Below, piece after piece: positions 29,355 through 37,152 of a stretch of 64,000 nucleotides of DNA; positions within the stretch are counted from its first letter, which is position 1; each line of letters starts with the position of its first letter. Made by a program: the position numbers and the translations under genes. The notes beneath the pieces were generated by a model. That model was not told the DNA's origin. It did no database searches and was given only the letters and a program-made list of their open reading frames with translations. This DNA comes from Chlamydiales bacterium (GTDB lineage Bacteria; Chlamydiota; Chlamydiia; Chlamydiales; JACKPQ01), in NCBI GenBank assembly GCA_024233435.1, contig JACKPQ010000001.1:260829-324828 (forward strand), written 5' to 3'.

Positions 29355-29788
29355 ATGCAATCGTAGAAGAGCTTGTTCTAGAGCAGCTCAGAAAGGACAT
29401 TCCCGAATTTGAAGTGGGTGATACAGTGCGTGTGCACGTGCGAATCATCGAAGGTGATAAAGAGCGTATTCAAGCCCTGACTGGGACTGTGATTGCGAAA
29501 AAAGGAAGAGGAATTTCTGAAACCTTTTCAATTTATCGAGTAGCCTATGGAATTTCCATGGAGCGTGTCTTTCCTCTTCATAGCCCACGTGTTGCGAAAA
29601 TTGAAGTTTTGCGCAAAGGTAAAACGCGTCGCTCTAAGCTTTACTTCCTCCGTGGAACGCAAGGTAAAAAAGCTCGCTTGCAAGAGCGCATCTTGATGAA
29701 AAAAGACGGTAAAGTTGCACCTGTCGTTGATGAAATTGAGGAAGAGATTCCTCCAGCATCTGAAAACGACAATCCTGTTGCAGAATAA
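29351..29788 (+). CDS. rplS: 50S ribosomal protein L19 with an acidic C-terminal extension
   Basis: [25 protein letters not shown]...FRV.. is the L19 core. ATGA overlap with trmD. The longer ORF-track start is rejected. Confidence 0.9.
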   Translation: MNAIVEELVLEQLRKDIPEFEVGDTVRVHVRIIEGDKERIQALTGTVIAKKGRGISETFSIYRVAYGISMERVFPLHSPRVAKIEVLRKGKTRRSKLYFLRGTQGKKARLQERILMKKDGKVAPVVDEIEEEIPPASENDNPVAE

Positions 29789-30386
29789 CTTCGAGCGAGA
29801 GCTAAATGATCGGGGATATCACCTGGTCGCAGGTGTTGACGAAGCTGGACGAGGGCCTTTAGCAGGCCCTGTTGTTGCAGCTGCGTGCATTTTGCCTCTC
29901 GACCTCAGAATAGAAGGTCTTAATGACAGCAAAAAGCTCACCCCAAAAACAAGGGCTGAGCTTTTTTTATTTCTTACCAGTCATCCAGCTATTCAATTTG
30001 GTATAGCCGAATGCTCTGCTCAAGAAATTGATGAGATCAACATTTTACAAGCCTCCCTCGAGGCGATGAAACGCGCTCTTTTGCAGCTCAGTCTAGTCCA
30101 TTACGCTCTTATTGACGGAAACAAGTGTCCCAACATCCATATCCCATGCCAAGCCATTATCAAAGGAGATAGCCTTTCTCCCTCAATTGCCGCAGCCTCG
30201 ATTTTGGCCAAAGAGACCCGCGATGCCCAAATGCTGAAATATCACGAGCAGTACCCCCAATATAACTTTGCTAAGCACAAAGGCTACCCAACCAAGGAAC
30301 ACATTGAGGCTCTTGCGCAGCATGGGCCAGCCCCAATTCATAGACGTTCTTTTGGTCCCGTCAATAAATTGACATCATCTCTATGA
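29778..30386 (+). CDS. rnhB: Ribonuclease HII (start uncertain: TTG 29778, ATG 29730 or 29715)
   Basis: [17 protein letters not shown] catalytic motif, plus DSKKLT and GYP..H. Confidence 0.85.
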   Translation: MQNNFERELNDRGYHLVAGVDEAGRGPLAGPVVAAACILPLDLRIEGLNDSKKLTPKTRAELFLFLTSHPAIQFGIAECSAQEIDEINILQASLEAMKRALLQLSLVHYALIDGNKCPNIHIPCQAIIKGDSLSPSIAAASILAKETRDAQMLKYHEQYPQYNFAKHKGYPTKEHIEALAQHGPAPIHRRSFGPVNKLTSSL

Positions 30387-30404
30387 CCTAGGTATAATCA
30401 GTCC

Positions 30405-31241
30405 ATGGCAAGACGCAGCATGACAGCATATGGTAGGGCAAGTGGGGGTGGCTATCAAATTGAAATTCACTCCGTAAATCGCAAAGGCCTTGAGATTAAC
30501 CTCAATGTGCCTCGCGAGCTTTTGTTTTGTGATATTGAGATTCGCAATACGATTAAAGAATATATTCACCGTGGAACCATTTTTGTGCGCATCAGTCGTG
30601 AAAAAGGGGAGTCGCTTGATTGCGAGCTGCCGAGCAAGGAAGCTTTAAGCGCCATTTTCAAGCACTTTATCAAAATAGGTTTTGATAAAAGTGAAATCAC
30701 ACTACCCTTTCTTTGTGAGCGTTACAGTGAAGCGAGTATTGCTCCTTCTGAGCCAGATAGCAAAGCGATTTTGAAAGGAGTATCCCAGGCAATTAATCAG
30801 CTTATCCACATGAAACAGAAAGAGGCCGAGCATCTCGTTGACGACATCAAAGAGAGGCTCCATGGATTGCAGTTGGGTGTCAAAGCTCTAAAAGAAGCAG
30901 CCCAAAGCGCCCCAGAGGCGCTCAGGCGAAAGCTAGATGATCGTTTAACAATGCTTGGCATTCCTCAAGAAGATGTAGCAAAAGAGGTGGTTCTATTTGC
31001 AGATAAATGCGATGTCACAGAAGAAATTGTGAGGCTCTGCTCTCACTTTAATCAATTTGATAGCCACCTTAAATCAAAGGAAATCTCAGTTGGCAGAACA
31101 CTTGATTTTTTGCTTGTTGAAATGATGCGTGAGTTGAATACCATTGGGGCAAAAGCGATTTTGCACGAAATGACAGATGCGATCCCCATTTTAAAAGCCG
31201 AAGCTGAAAAGATCCGTGAACAGGTGCAAAACATTGAGTAA
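30405..31241 (+). CDS. yicC: YicC-family protein (stress-induced, endoribonuclease family)
   Basis: N-terminal SMTAYGRA and C-terminal DFLLVEMMRELNTIGAKA match the YicC N- and C-terminal domains. Confidence 0.8.
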   Translation: MARRSMTAYGRASGGGYQIEIHSVNRKGLEINLNVPRELLFCDIEIRNTIKEYIHRGTIFVRISREKGESLDCELPSKEALSAIFKHFIKIGFDKSEITLPFLCERYSEASIAPSEPDSKAILKGVSQAINQLIHMKQKEAEHLVDDIKERLHGLQLGVKALKEAAQSAPEALRRKLDDRLTMLGIPQEDVAKEVVLFADKCDVTEEIVRLCSHFNQFDSHLKSKEISVGRTLDFLLVEMMRELNTIGAKAILHEMTDAIPILKAEAEKIREQVQNIE

Positions 31242-31785
31242 GGGAAAATTATTTGTAATTAGCGCTCCCTCTGGGTCTGGGAAGACAACACTTGCCCACA
31301 TGCTCGTTGAGCGTCACCCCTCGAAGATCGAGCAGAGCATCTCTTGCACAACAAGGCAGAAAAGAGATGAAGAGATACACGGTCGGCACTACCATTTTGT
31401 AGATCGCGATGAGTTTGAACAAAAGCGCTCCCAAAATGCTTTTCTAGAGTGGGCAGAGCTTTATGGCAACCTCTATGGAACGCTTAAGAGCGAAATAAAA
31501 AGAATCACCGATAGTGGCAAGCATGCGCTGCTTGTCATCGATACACAGGGCGCTGAGCAGCTCATGAAAAGCGCCGATGCGACCTTTATTTTTATCGAGC
31601 CGCCTTCTATGCAAGAATTAGAAAGCCGCCTAACTAAGCGAGGAGCTGAAAAGCTCAGTGAGAGGCTGTGTCTTGCTAAAAAAGAGCTGGAAAAAGCCAA
31701 GCTTTACGACTATCGTATTTGTAACGATGAATTAGAAAGCGCATGCCAAGAATTAGAAAAGATCATTTTAGGAGATGAAGCATGA
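31216..31785 (+). CDS. gmk: Guanylate kinase (start GTG 31216 or TTG 31234)
   Basis: P-loop SAPSGSGKTTL, plus TTR..R..E..G..Y.F. Confidence 0.9.
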   Translation: MNRCKTLSKGKLFVISAPSGSGKTTLAHMLVERHPSKIEQSISCTTRQKRDEEIHGRHYHFVDRDEFEQKRSQNAFLEWAELYGNLYGTLKSEIKRITDSGKHALLVIDTQGAEQLMKSADATFIFIEPPSMQELESRLTKRGAEKLSERLCLAKKELEKAKLYDYRICNDELESACQELEKIILGDEA

Positions 31786-32015
31786 AAAAACCAAAACTCA
31801 CAAACGAGATTTTGACAAAACTCTTTCGCAATAACTTTGAGCTTGCTCTGTATGCGATGGAAATTGCACGCCGCAACATCAAAGCTGGCAAAGAATTTAC
31901 ACTCGAGTCACTACTTACCGAGGTGCAAAATCACCCGCTGAAAGGTGATTTAGAAGAGCTTTTGGCTTCAAATAAACGAGCTGATGAAGCAAAGGCCGCT
32001 GAGGATGTTGCCTAA
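31782..32015 (+). CDS. rpoZ: Probable RNA polymerase omega subunit
   Basis: NNFELALYAMEIARRNIKAG resembles the omega motif NRFDLVLVAARRARQ. The gmk-rpoZ linkage is common. Confidence 0.55.
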   Translation: MKKPKLTNEILTKLFRNNFELALYAMEIARRNIKAGKEFTLESLLTEVQNHPLKGDLEELLASNKRADEAKAAEDVA

Positions 32016-33648
32016 GAGGGTTCTTATAACAGCCGCTTTGCCCTACGCAAACGGCCCGCTGCACTTTGGACACATTGCCGGTTGTTATCTGCCAGCGGAT
32101 GTGCATGCGCGCTTTCAGCGCATGCTGGGCGTGAAAACAGCCTTTATCAGTGGATCTGACGAGTATGGCGTCGCAATCACCTTAAGCGCTGAGCAAGAGG
32201 GGCGTAGTCCCCAAGAGCATGTCGATATCTATCACAAGATCAATCAAAAACTGTTCGAGCAATTGAACATTTCATTTGATCACTACTCTCGCACAACCAC
32301 ACCCATCCACACCAAAACAGCCCAAGAATTTTTCCTCACCCTCCATAAAAACGGCTACATTGAAGAAAAAGAAACCGAGCAACTTTTTTCCGAGGCTGAT
32401 AATCGCTTTTTAGCCGATCGCTATGTTATTGGGACTTGCCCAAGATGCAAATACCCTGAAGCCCGGGGTGATGAATGCACATCTTGTGGGGCTTCATACG
32501 AGGCTACAGATCTTATTGATCCTCGATCAAAAATCTCGAATGCACCACTCATCCTCAAAAAAACGACCCACTGGTTTATGCGCTTTGATAAATTTAAAGA
32601 TCAGCTACAAGAGTGGATTAAAGATAAGCCCTGGAAGAATAACGTTTTAAAATTCGCTCAGCACTACATTGATAACCTTCAGCCGCGCGCCATTACACGC
32701 GATTCAGAGTGGGGTATTCCTGTACCACTCGAACATGCAAAGGGCAAAGTCCTCTACGTGTGGTTTGATGCGCCCATCGGTTACATCTCCATGACCAAAG
32801 AATGGAGTCCTGAGCATTGGAAAGACTTTTGGCTTGATCTCGATACAAAACTGATCAACTTTGTTGGCAAAGACAACATCCCTTTTCACGCAATTTTCTT
32901 CCCAGCAATGCTCATGGGCACAAATGAGCTTTATAAACTCGTCGATGATCTTCCTGCTAATGAATTCTTGCAGCTCGAAGGACGTCAATTTAGCAAATCA
33001 GCAAACTGGACCATTGATCTTAACCGCTTTTTTCAAAACTTCACAGCCGATCAAATCCGCTATGTCCTTGCTGCAAATGCCCCCGAGTCTCAAGATAGTG
33101 AATTCACTTGGATTGACTTTAAGAATCGCTGTAACTCTGAGCTAGTTGGCAAACTAGGCAATTTTGCCAACCGCTCGCTGACATTTCTCAATCGCCAGCT
33201 CGAAGGCACAGCGCCAAAAGCCACCCTCTCACAAGAAGACGAGACCTTCCTATCCCAATGCCATGACCTGCTAAGCCAAATCAAAGATTCCTATACTCAC
33301 TATCATCTGCGCAAAGCCTCTCAGCTTCTCATGGAGCTTGCCCAAACCGGCAACGTCTATTTTGACCACAAGCAACCCTGGAAGGACAAACAAAGCGATG
33401 CCACCAAAGCAACCCTTTATTGCTGCCTGGAGTGTCTCAAATGTCTAGCGATCGCCGCCTATCCCATCATGCCTGTGGCAGCACAAGGCCTTTGGAAGCT
33501 TCTTGGATTTACATCTGAAATGACCATCTGGGATCAACCACCATTTCCCCCAGGCCAAAAACTCCCCGAGCCATCAGTCCTCTTCCAAAAAGTCGACGAC
33601 GACCTCATCGCCTCCGAAATCGAAAAATTACATTTATTTCTTAACTAA
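32005..33648 (+). CDS. metG: Methionyl-tRNA synthetase
   Basis: HIGH motif (PLHFGHIAG), KMSKS-like RQFSKS, and zinc knuckle CPRCKYPEARGDECTSCG. I prefer ATG 32005 over 31984. Confidence 0.95.
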   Translation: MLPKRVLITAALPYANGPLHFGHIAGCYLPADVHARFQRMLGVKTAFISGSDEYGVAITLSAEQEGRSPQEHVDIYHKINQKLFEQLNISFDHYSRTTTPIHTKTAQEFFLTLHKNGYIEEKETEQLFSEADNRFLADRYVIGTCPRCKYPEARGDECTSCGASYEATDLIDPRSKISNAPLILKKTTHWFMRFDKFKDQLQEWIKDKPWKNNVLKFAQHYIDNLQPRAITRDSEWGIPVPLEHAKGKVLYVWFDAPIGYISMTKEWSPEHWKDFWLDLDTKLINFVGKDNIPFHAIFFPAMLMGTNELYKLVDDLPANEFLQLEGRQFSKSANWTIDLNRFFQNFTADQIRYVLAANAPESQDSEFTWIDFKNRCNSELVGKLGNFANRSLTFLNRQLEGTAPKATLSQEDETFLSQCHDLLSQIKDSYTHYHLRKASQLLMELAQTGNVYFDHKQPWKDKQSDATKATLYCCLECLKCLAIAAYPIMPVAAQGLWKLLGFTSEMTIWDQPPFPPGQKLPEPSVLFQKVDDDLIASEIEKLHLFLN

Positions 33649-33689
33649 CTGTAAAACAATATGTTATCTAATGATGCTGAAGAGAGTTC

Positions 33690-33717
33690 TTGACATTAAA
33701 TATTAACCATGCATAAT
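33690..33717 (+). promoter_or_regulatory. Candidate sigma70 promoter of the second EEP gene
   Basis: TTGACA (33690-33695), a 16-nt spacer, then CATAAT (33712-33717). AAGGAG SD precedes ATG 33749. Confidence 0.45.
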
Positions 33718-33748
33718 TAAACTGTCTATAACCATAAAGGAGATCGCC

Positions 33749-34741
33749 ATGCCAATAAATTACAAAGTCGCAACATATAATACTGCATCAAATAGTGATT
33801 ATGCGCTCATACATGAGCAGAAGTATTCTAGAGATGCAAAATTGGGCCAAGTAGCATTTCGTGCTTTAGCAGATATGGGTATTGATTTCTTCTGCCTGCA
33901 AGAGGCTACCACATATGAAAAAGGCGATGTTTTTTTTGAAAAAAGCTCATGGATAAAAGATGATATACATTCCTCCCACACTAAAAGGTATGACTATATC
34001 CATAATACAAAGGGAATAGCTCTTGTATGGAATAATGAACAGTTTACCATAGTGGATAACTCAGTAAGGCGAAAGCAAGACTACCTTGTTGCTGATTTTT
34101 ATGATAAAACAAATCACAAAATCATACGCCTTGCTTCTATTCATATCAGCGGTTATTCGTTTAACGACCATCTTGGTAAGCAAAAATCTGAGAAAGAGTT
34201 TCAGGAGGATTTAGCAGACCAACACAAAACTGTTAGTCAGTTAATTCAAGACCTTAAATCAGATAACCGAGCAGATTTCACAATTATTGGCTCAGATACG
34301 AATTCAATTCCGGCTATTTATCCTGGACTACACCAAGCATTTGAATCGTCTGGGTATTCGTATGATAAAGAAAATTTTGAGCCAACAAATTATTTTGCTT
34401 TTTCGGCGTCTCCTAATAATAGTTGTTATAGAAGACTTGATTATATTTTTAACTCGTGGTTTCTGACTGCAAAACAATTAGATAGGCCTGATATAGGTTC
34501 ATTTAAGCTTAAGGACACCGAAAACCCAAGTGATCATATACCCGTTATTTATTCGATGACACAGAGTTTCATTTCGAGGTTGTTAAAGGTCCTTTGCGAT
34601 TTTTTTACTTGGAGGCCTTCAGTTGAAATTGAGCAATACAAAAGTTATAAAGATGAAACGCAGGGTTATAGCAGTATACTGGACCCCACAATGAGCTTTG
34701 TTGATGGACATGTGTCTAAAACTATAAAGATAAAGAGATAA
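33749..34741 (+). CDS. Endonuclease/exonuclease/phosphatase (EEP) family protein, AT-rich, effector-like
   Basis: EEP motifs VATYNTAS, FFCLQEAT, ASIHISG, GSDTNS and PSDHIPV. No signal peptide. The first 60 nt contain 20 G+C, against 30/60 in two core-gene samples I counted. Confidence 0.8.
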   Translation: MPINYKVATYNTASNSDYALIHEQKYSRDAKLGQVAFRALADMGIDFFCLQEATTYEKGDVFFEKSSWIKDDIHSSHTKRYDYIHNTKGIALVWNNEQFTIVDNSVRRKQDYLVADFYDKTNHKIIRLASIHISGYSFNDHLGKQKSEKEFQEDLADQHKTVSQLIQDLKSDNRADFTIIGSDTNSIPAIYPGLHQAFESSGYSYDKENFEPTNYFAFSASPNNSCYRRLDYIFNSWFLTAKQLDRPDIGSFKLKDTENPSDHIPVIYSMTQSFISRLLKVLCDFFTWRPSVEIEQYKSYKDETQGYSSILDPTMSFVDGHVSKTIKIKR

Positions 34742-34789
34742 GTATATTACTTTAGCTTTTTGAAGTTTGGCATAGGTCTTCTCTTATGC

Positions 34790-35013
34790 CAAAACTTTAC
34801 ATCTGACCTGATCCGCTATGCTCTCGCTACCAATGTGCCTGAATCCCCAGATAGCAGATTTATCTGGCTTTGAGTGCGTTGGCAAGCTGGGCAACGTCTA
34901 TTTTGACCACAAGCAGCCTAGGAAGAGGAAACACAAGCGATGCCACTAAAGCAACTCTCCATTCCTACGACGACCACATCGCCTCTGAAATCGAAGAGCT
35001 TCGAATCAATTAA
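34790..35013 (+). pseudogene. Decayed duplicate of the metG 3' end
   Basis: Three blocks align by hand to metG 33034-33117, 33139-33162 plus 33349-33425, and about 33597-33648, at roughly 80-90% identity. There are two internal deletions and in-frame stops. The copy ends in its own TAA at 35011-35013. Confidence 0.8.
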
Positions 35014-35239
35014 GCTATTCGTGACCGTCTGCTATAATGAAAGGCATGGGATTCCCACCAAAATTCACTCTTTCTAAGCCAATTTGAAACTCTTTAAAAT
35101 TGATGAGTATAAAGGACCAAACTGGGCGTCGTATGGCACTAACTTCTAACATCAATCGGACCGTGGGGGGCTGGAAACTTGTCTCAAGTTGTGAAGATAA
35201 GAGAATAAGACCGCTTAGGCTTTTTCAAACAGGCGTGTG

Positions 35240-36505
35240 TTAATGACTATAGCCGGTTGAGAGAAGGCGGCTACCATTGCAATCGAGGATCAGAAAGCGG
35301 TGAGCTTCTGTAGGCTGAGGCCATTGAAAACGCTCTAATTGTTTGTTGATGACTTCTTCTGCAATGGGGTGTTTTCTCGATTTGTTTCTCTTGCCTAGCT
35401 CGATTTTGTTTGGATGGAAGACAACAAGTGTGACTAGAGCATGATAATTTTCAGCTATGCGAATGATTTTTTCCCTCATCTCGCGTCGAAGATTTGTTGC
35501 ATCCCAGACGATTCGTTCTTTTTTACGCAGTTTTTCTTTTAGGCTCTCCATAGCGATGTTCAAAACTAGCGCGTTATTGCTTTGGTCTCCACGGTTTTTT
35601 GAGTGTAGCTCGCGTAGATCGTCTAGGGAAATTAAAGTGTGATCGGGAAGGGTTTGTTGAGCCCAAGTGCTTTTGCCTGATCCTCCTATTCCGCAGGTTA
35701 GAACTAACTCTGGATGGTGCTCTAAGTGCGGATATGCACGGGCAACAGCCTCATATGGAGTATGGATTAATCCATTTTCAAAGTCTTTAGCTCCATATCC
35801 TAATACATAGTCTATCAGCTCTGTAGAAGAGTTGGGCAACTCGTTTTTGATGGTGTCAGGCCATTCGCTATAAGGCCCTGCTTTTCCCCAAAGGCCATAC
35901 TCTTCAACATAGAGCCGGAACATATCGATATGCCCAACTTGCAGCTCTTTATCAATACATAAACGCCCGAGCATGTCAGCTTTTGTAAGGTAATACAGAA
36001 GTTCGAGGTCGGCTTGTCGAGCTAGCTTGTAGTACAAGGGCTTTCCAGCACCAGTAATGACTAGACGTTTTGGCACGATGTGGGCTGCTACAAGCTGCAG
36101 AATTTGATAGAGAACCCTATATGGGAGCCCACAATCTAGCAGGAGGGGCGCCAAATAAGAAGCTCCCATTTCCTCATGGTGTGGTGCCACAATACGCATC
36201 TGGCCATCTATTTCTTTTTCACGGGTTGTTAATGGTTTTGCGATATCATGAAAAGCTGTGGCCAGTATAAGAGCTAGCCGCCTCTGTGGCGTCAAAACAG
36301 CTTGTTCTTGGTTGAGAAGCTTGTAGAGTTCTTGAAGAACCCAGGAAGTGTGAACATAAACATCACCCTCAGCGTGCCAGTGAGGATCTTGAGATGTGTC
36401 TTTAAGCTTGCATAGCAAGGGGATAAAGGGAGAAAAGGTCTCTACAATTTCTTCTAAGGAAGGATTTTCACCATTGCTTATTCTATTTAATAAGATTTTA
36501 AGCAT
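35240..36505 (-). CDS. Bifunctional end-healing enzyme: N-terminal HD phosphoesterase plus C-terminal P-loop polynucleotide 5'-kinase (HD-Pnk architecture)
   Basis: HD domain signatures HWHAEGDVYVHT, FHDIAKP and HHEEMG. Kinase signatures GIGGSGKST, SLDDLR and WDATNLRREMR (T4 Pnk-like). ATGCTTAA overlap with the ligase gene. Confidence 0.8.
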   Translation of the reverse strand: MLKILLNRISNGENPSLEEIVETFSPFIPLLCKLKDTSQDPHWHAEGDVYVHTSWVLQELYKLLNQEQAVLTPQRRLALILATAFHDIAKPLTTREKEIDGQMRIVAPHHEEMGASYLAPLLLDCGLPYRVLYQILQLVAAHIVPKRLVITGAGKPLYYKLARQADLELLYYLTKADMLGRLCIDKELQVGHIDMFRLYVEEYGLWGKAGPYSEWPDTIKNELPNSSTELIDYVLGYGAKDFENGLIHTPYEAVARAYPHLEHHPELVLTCGIGGSGKSTWAQQTLPDHTLISLDDLRELHSKNRGDQSNNALVLNIAMESLKEKLRKKERIVWDATNLRREMREKIIRIAENYHALVTLVVFHPNKIELGKRNKSRKHPIAEEVINKQLERFQWPQPTEAHRFLILDCNGSRLLSTGYSH

Positions 36506-37145
36506 TTGGGTCCTTTAGCTTGTTAGGCACAATCTCCAACTCCATCCAGTGTTTGTTACTTTGTACATGGCCTTTTCGAACCCATTTAGCTACAGACTTA
36601 TGAAAATCACAATATGAAAATGCGTCTCGTATTCGCACAATGTATCCTTCGATCTCTTCGGTATTGAAATTCAAATTTCGAATTAGCTGCTCATTCCACA
36701 CCCCTTCAAAAAGAGTTCTTGGCGTCGGGATTCCTAAAAGCTGTGCCCATTCTAGGGTTTCATCCCAAGATAGGCAAATATTTTTCTCGTTCCAAACTGA
36801 AAATAAATAAAAGAACCCCTCCAAATTATCGTAGGCAATCGAATGTGTGGCATAAACGTTTTCACCACAGAGGCGCCAATTGTCTGGGATTTCTTGTTGA
36901 ATCCGGGCGTGGAGTTGTTTGGCTAGGCTTCTTGAAGGGTGATGCCCGCTGTCAATTGAGCGAGCATGCATTCCATCTGTGTAGAGGGTTGTATTTTCTC
37001 CATCGAGCTTTTCGGTAATGACAACTTGCTTATTTTTAAACTGATTTGTGTGAGTCATCTTGATGTCGTCATCGGTATTTCCAGGCGACCAGGGAAGATG
37101 GGGTGTTCGCGGGTATTTCCACCTCATATTGTGTTTGGGTTCCAT
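36498..37145 (-). CDS. ATP-dependent RNA/polynucleotide ligase, minimal nucleotidyltransferase domain (Rnl2-like superfamily)
   Basis: Covalent NTase motifs I EKLDGEN, III LCGENVYA, IIIa FYLFSVW, IV EGYIVR and V VAKWVRKGHV, with a KYPRTPHL N-terminus. I prefer start ATG 37145 (7 nt after the recD2 stop) over the ORF-track 37283. Confidence 0.8.
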   Translation of the reverse strand: MEPKHNMRWKYPRTPHLPWSPGNTDDDIKMTHTNQFKNKQVVITEKLDGENTTLYTDGMHARSIDSGHHPSRSLAKQLHARIQQEIPDNWRLCGENVYATHSIAYDNLEGFFYLFSVWNEKNICLSWDETLEWAQLLGIPTPRTLFEGVWNEQLIRNLNFNTEEIEGYIVRIRDAFSYCDFHKSVAKWVRKGHVQSNKHWMELEIVPNKLKDPNA

Positions 37146-37152
37146 ACCAACA

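Noticed and set aside
35014-35239. The spacer between the metG relic and the HD-Pnk stop, including a G6 run at 35165-35170. I checked it for further gene relics or a terminator.
   Set aside because: Translations in all frames gave only short stop-interrupted peptides with no recognisable similarity, and there is no convincing hairpin with a U-tract.
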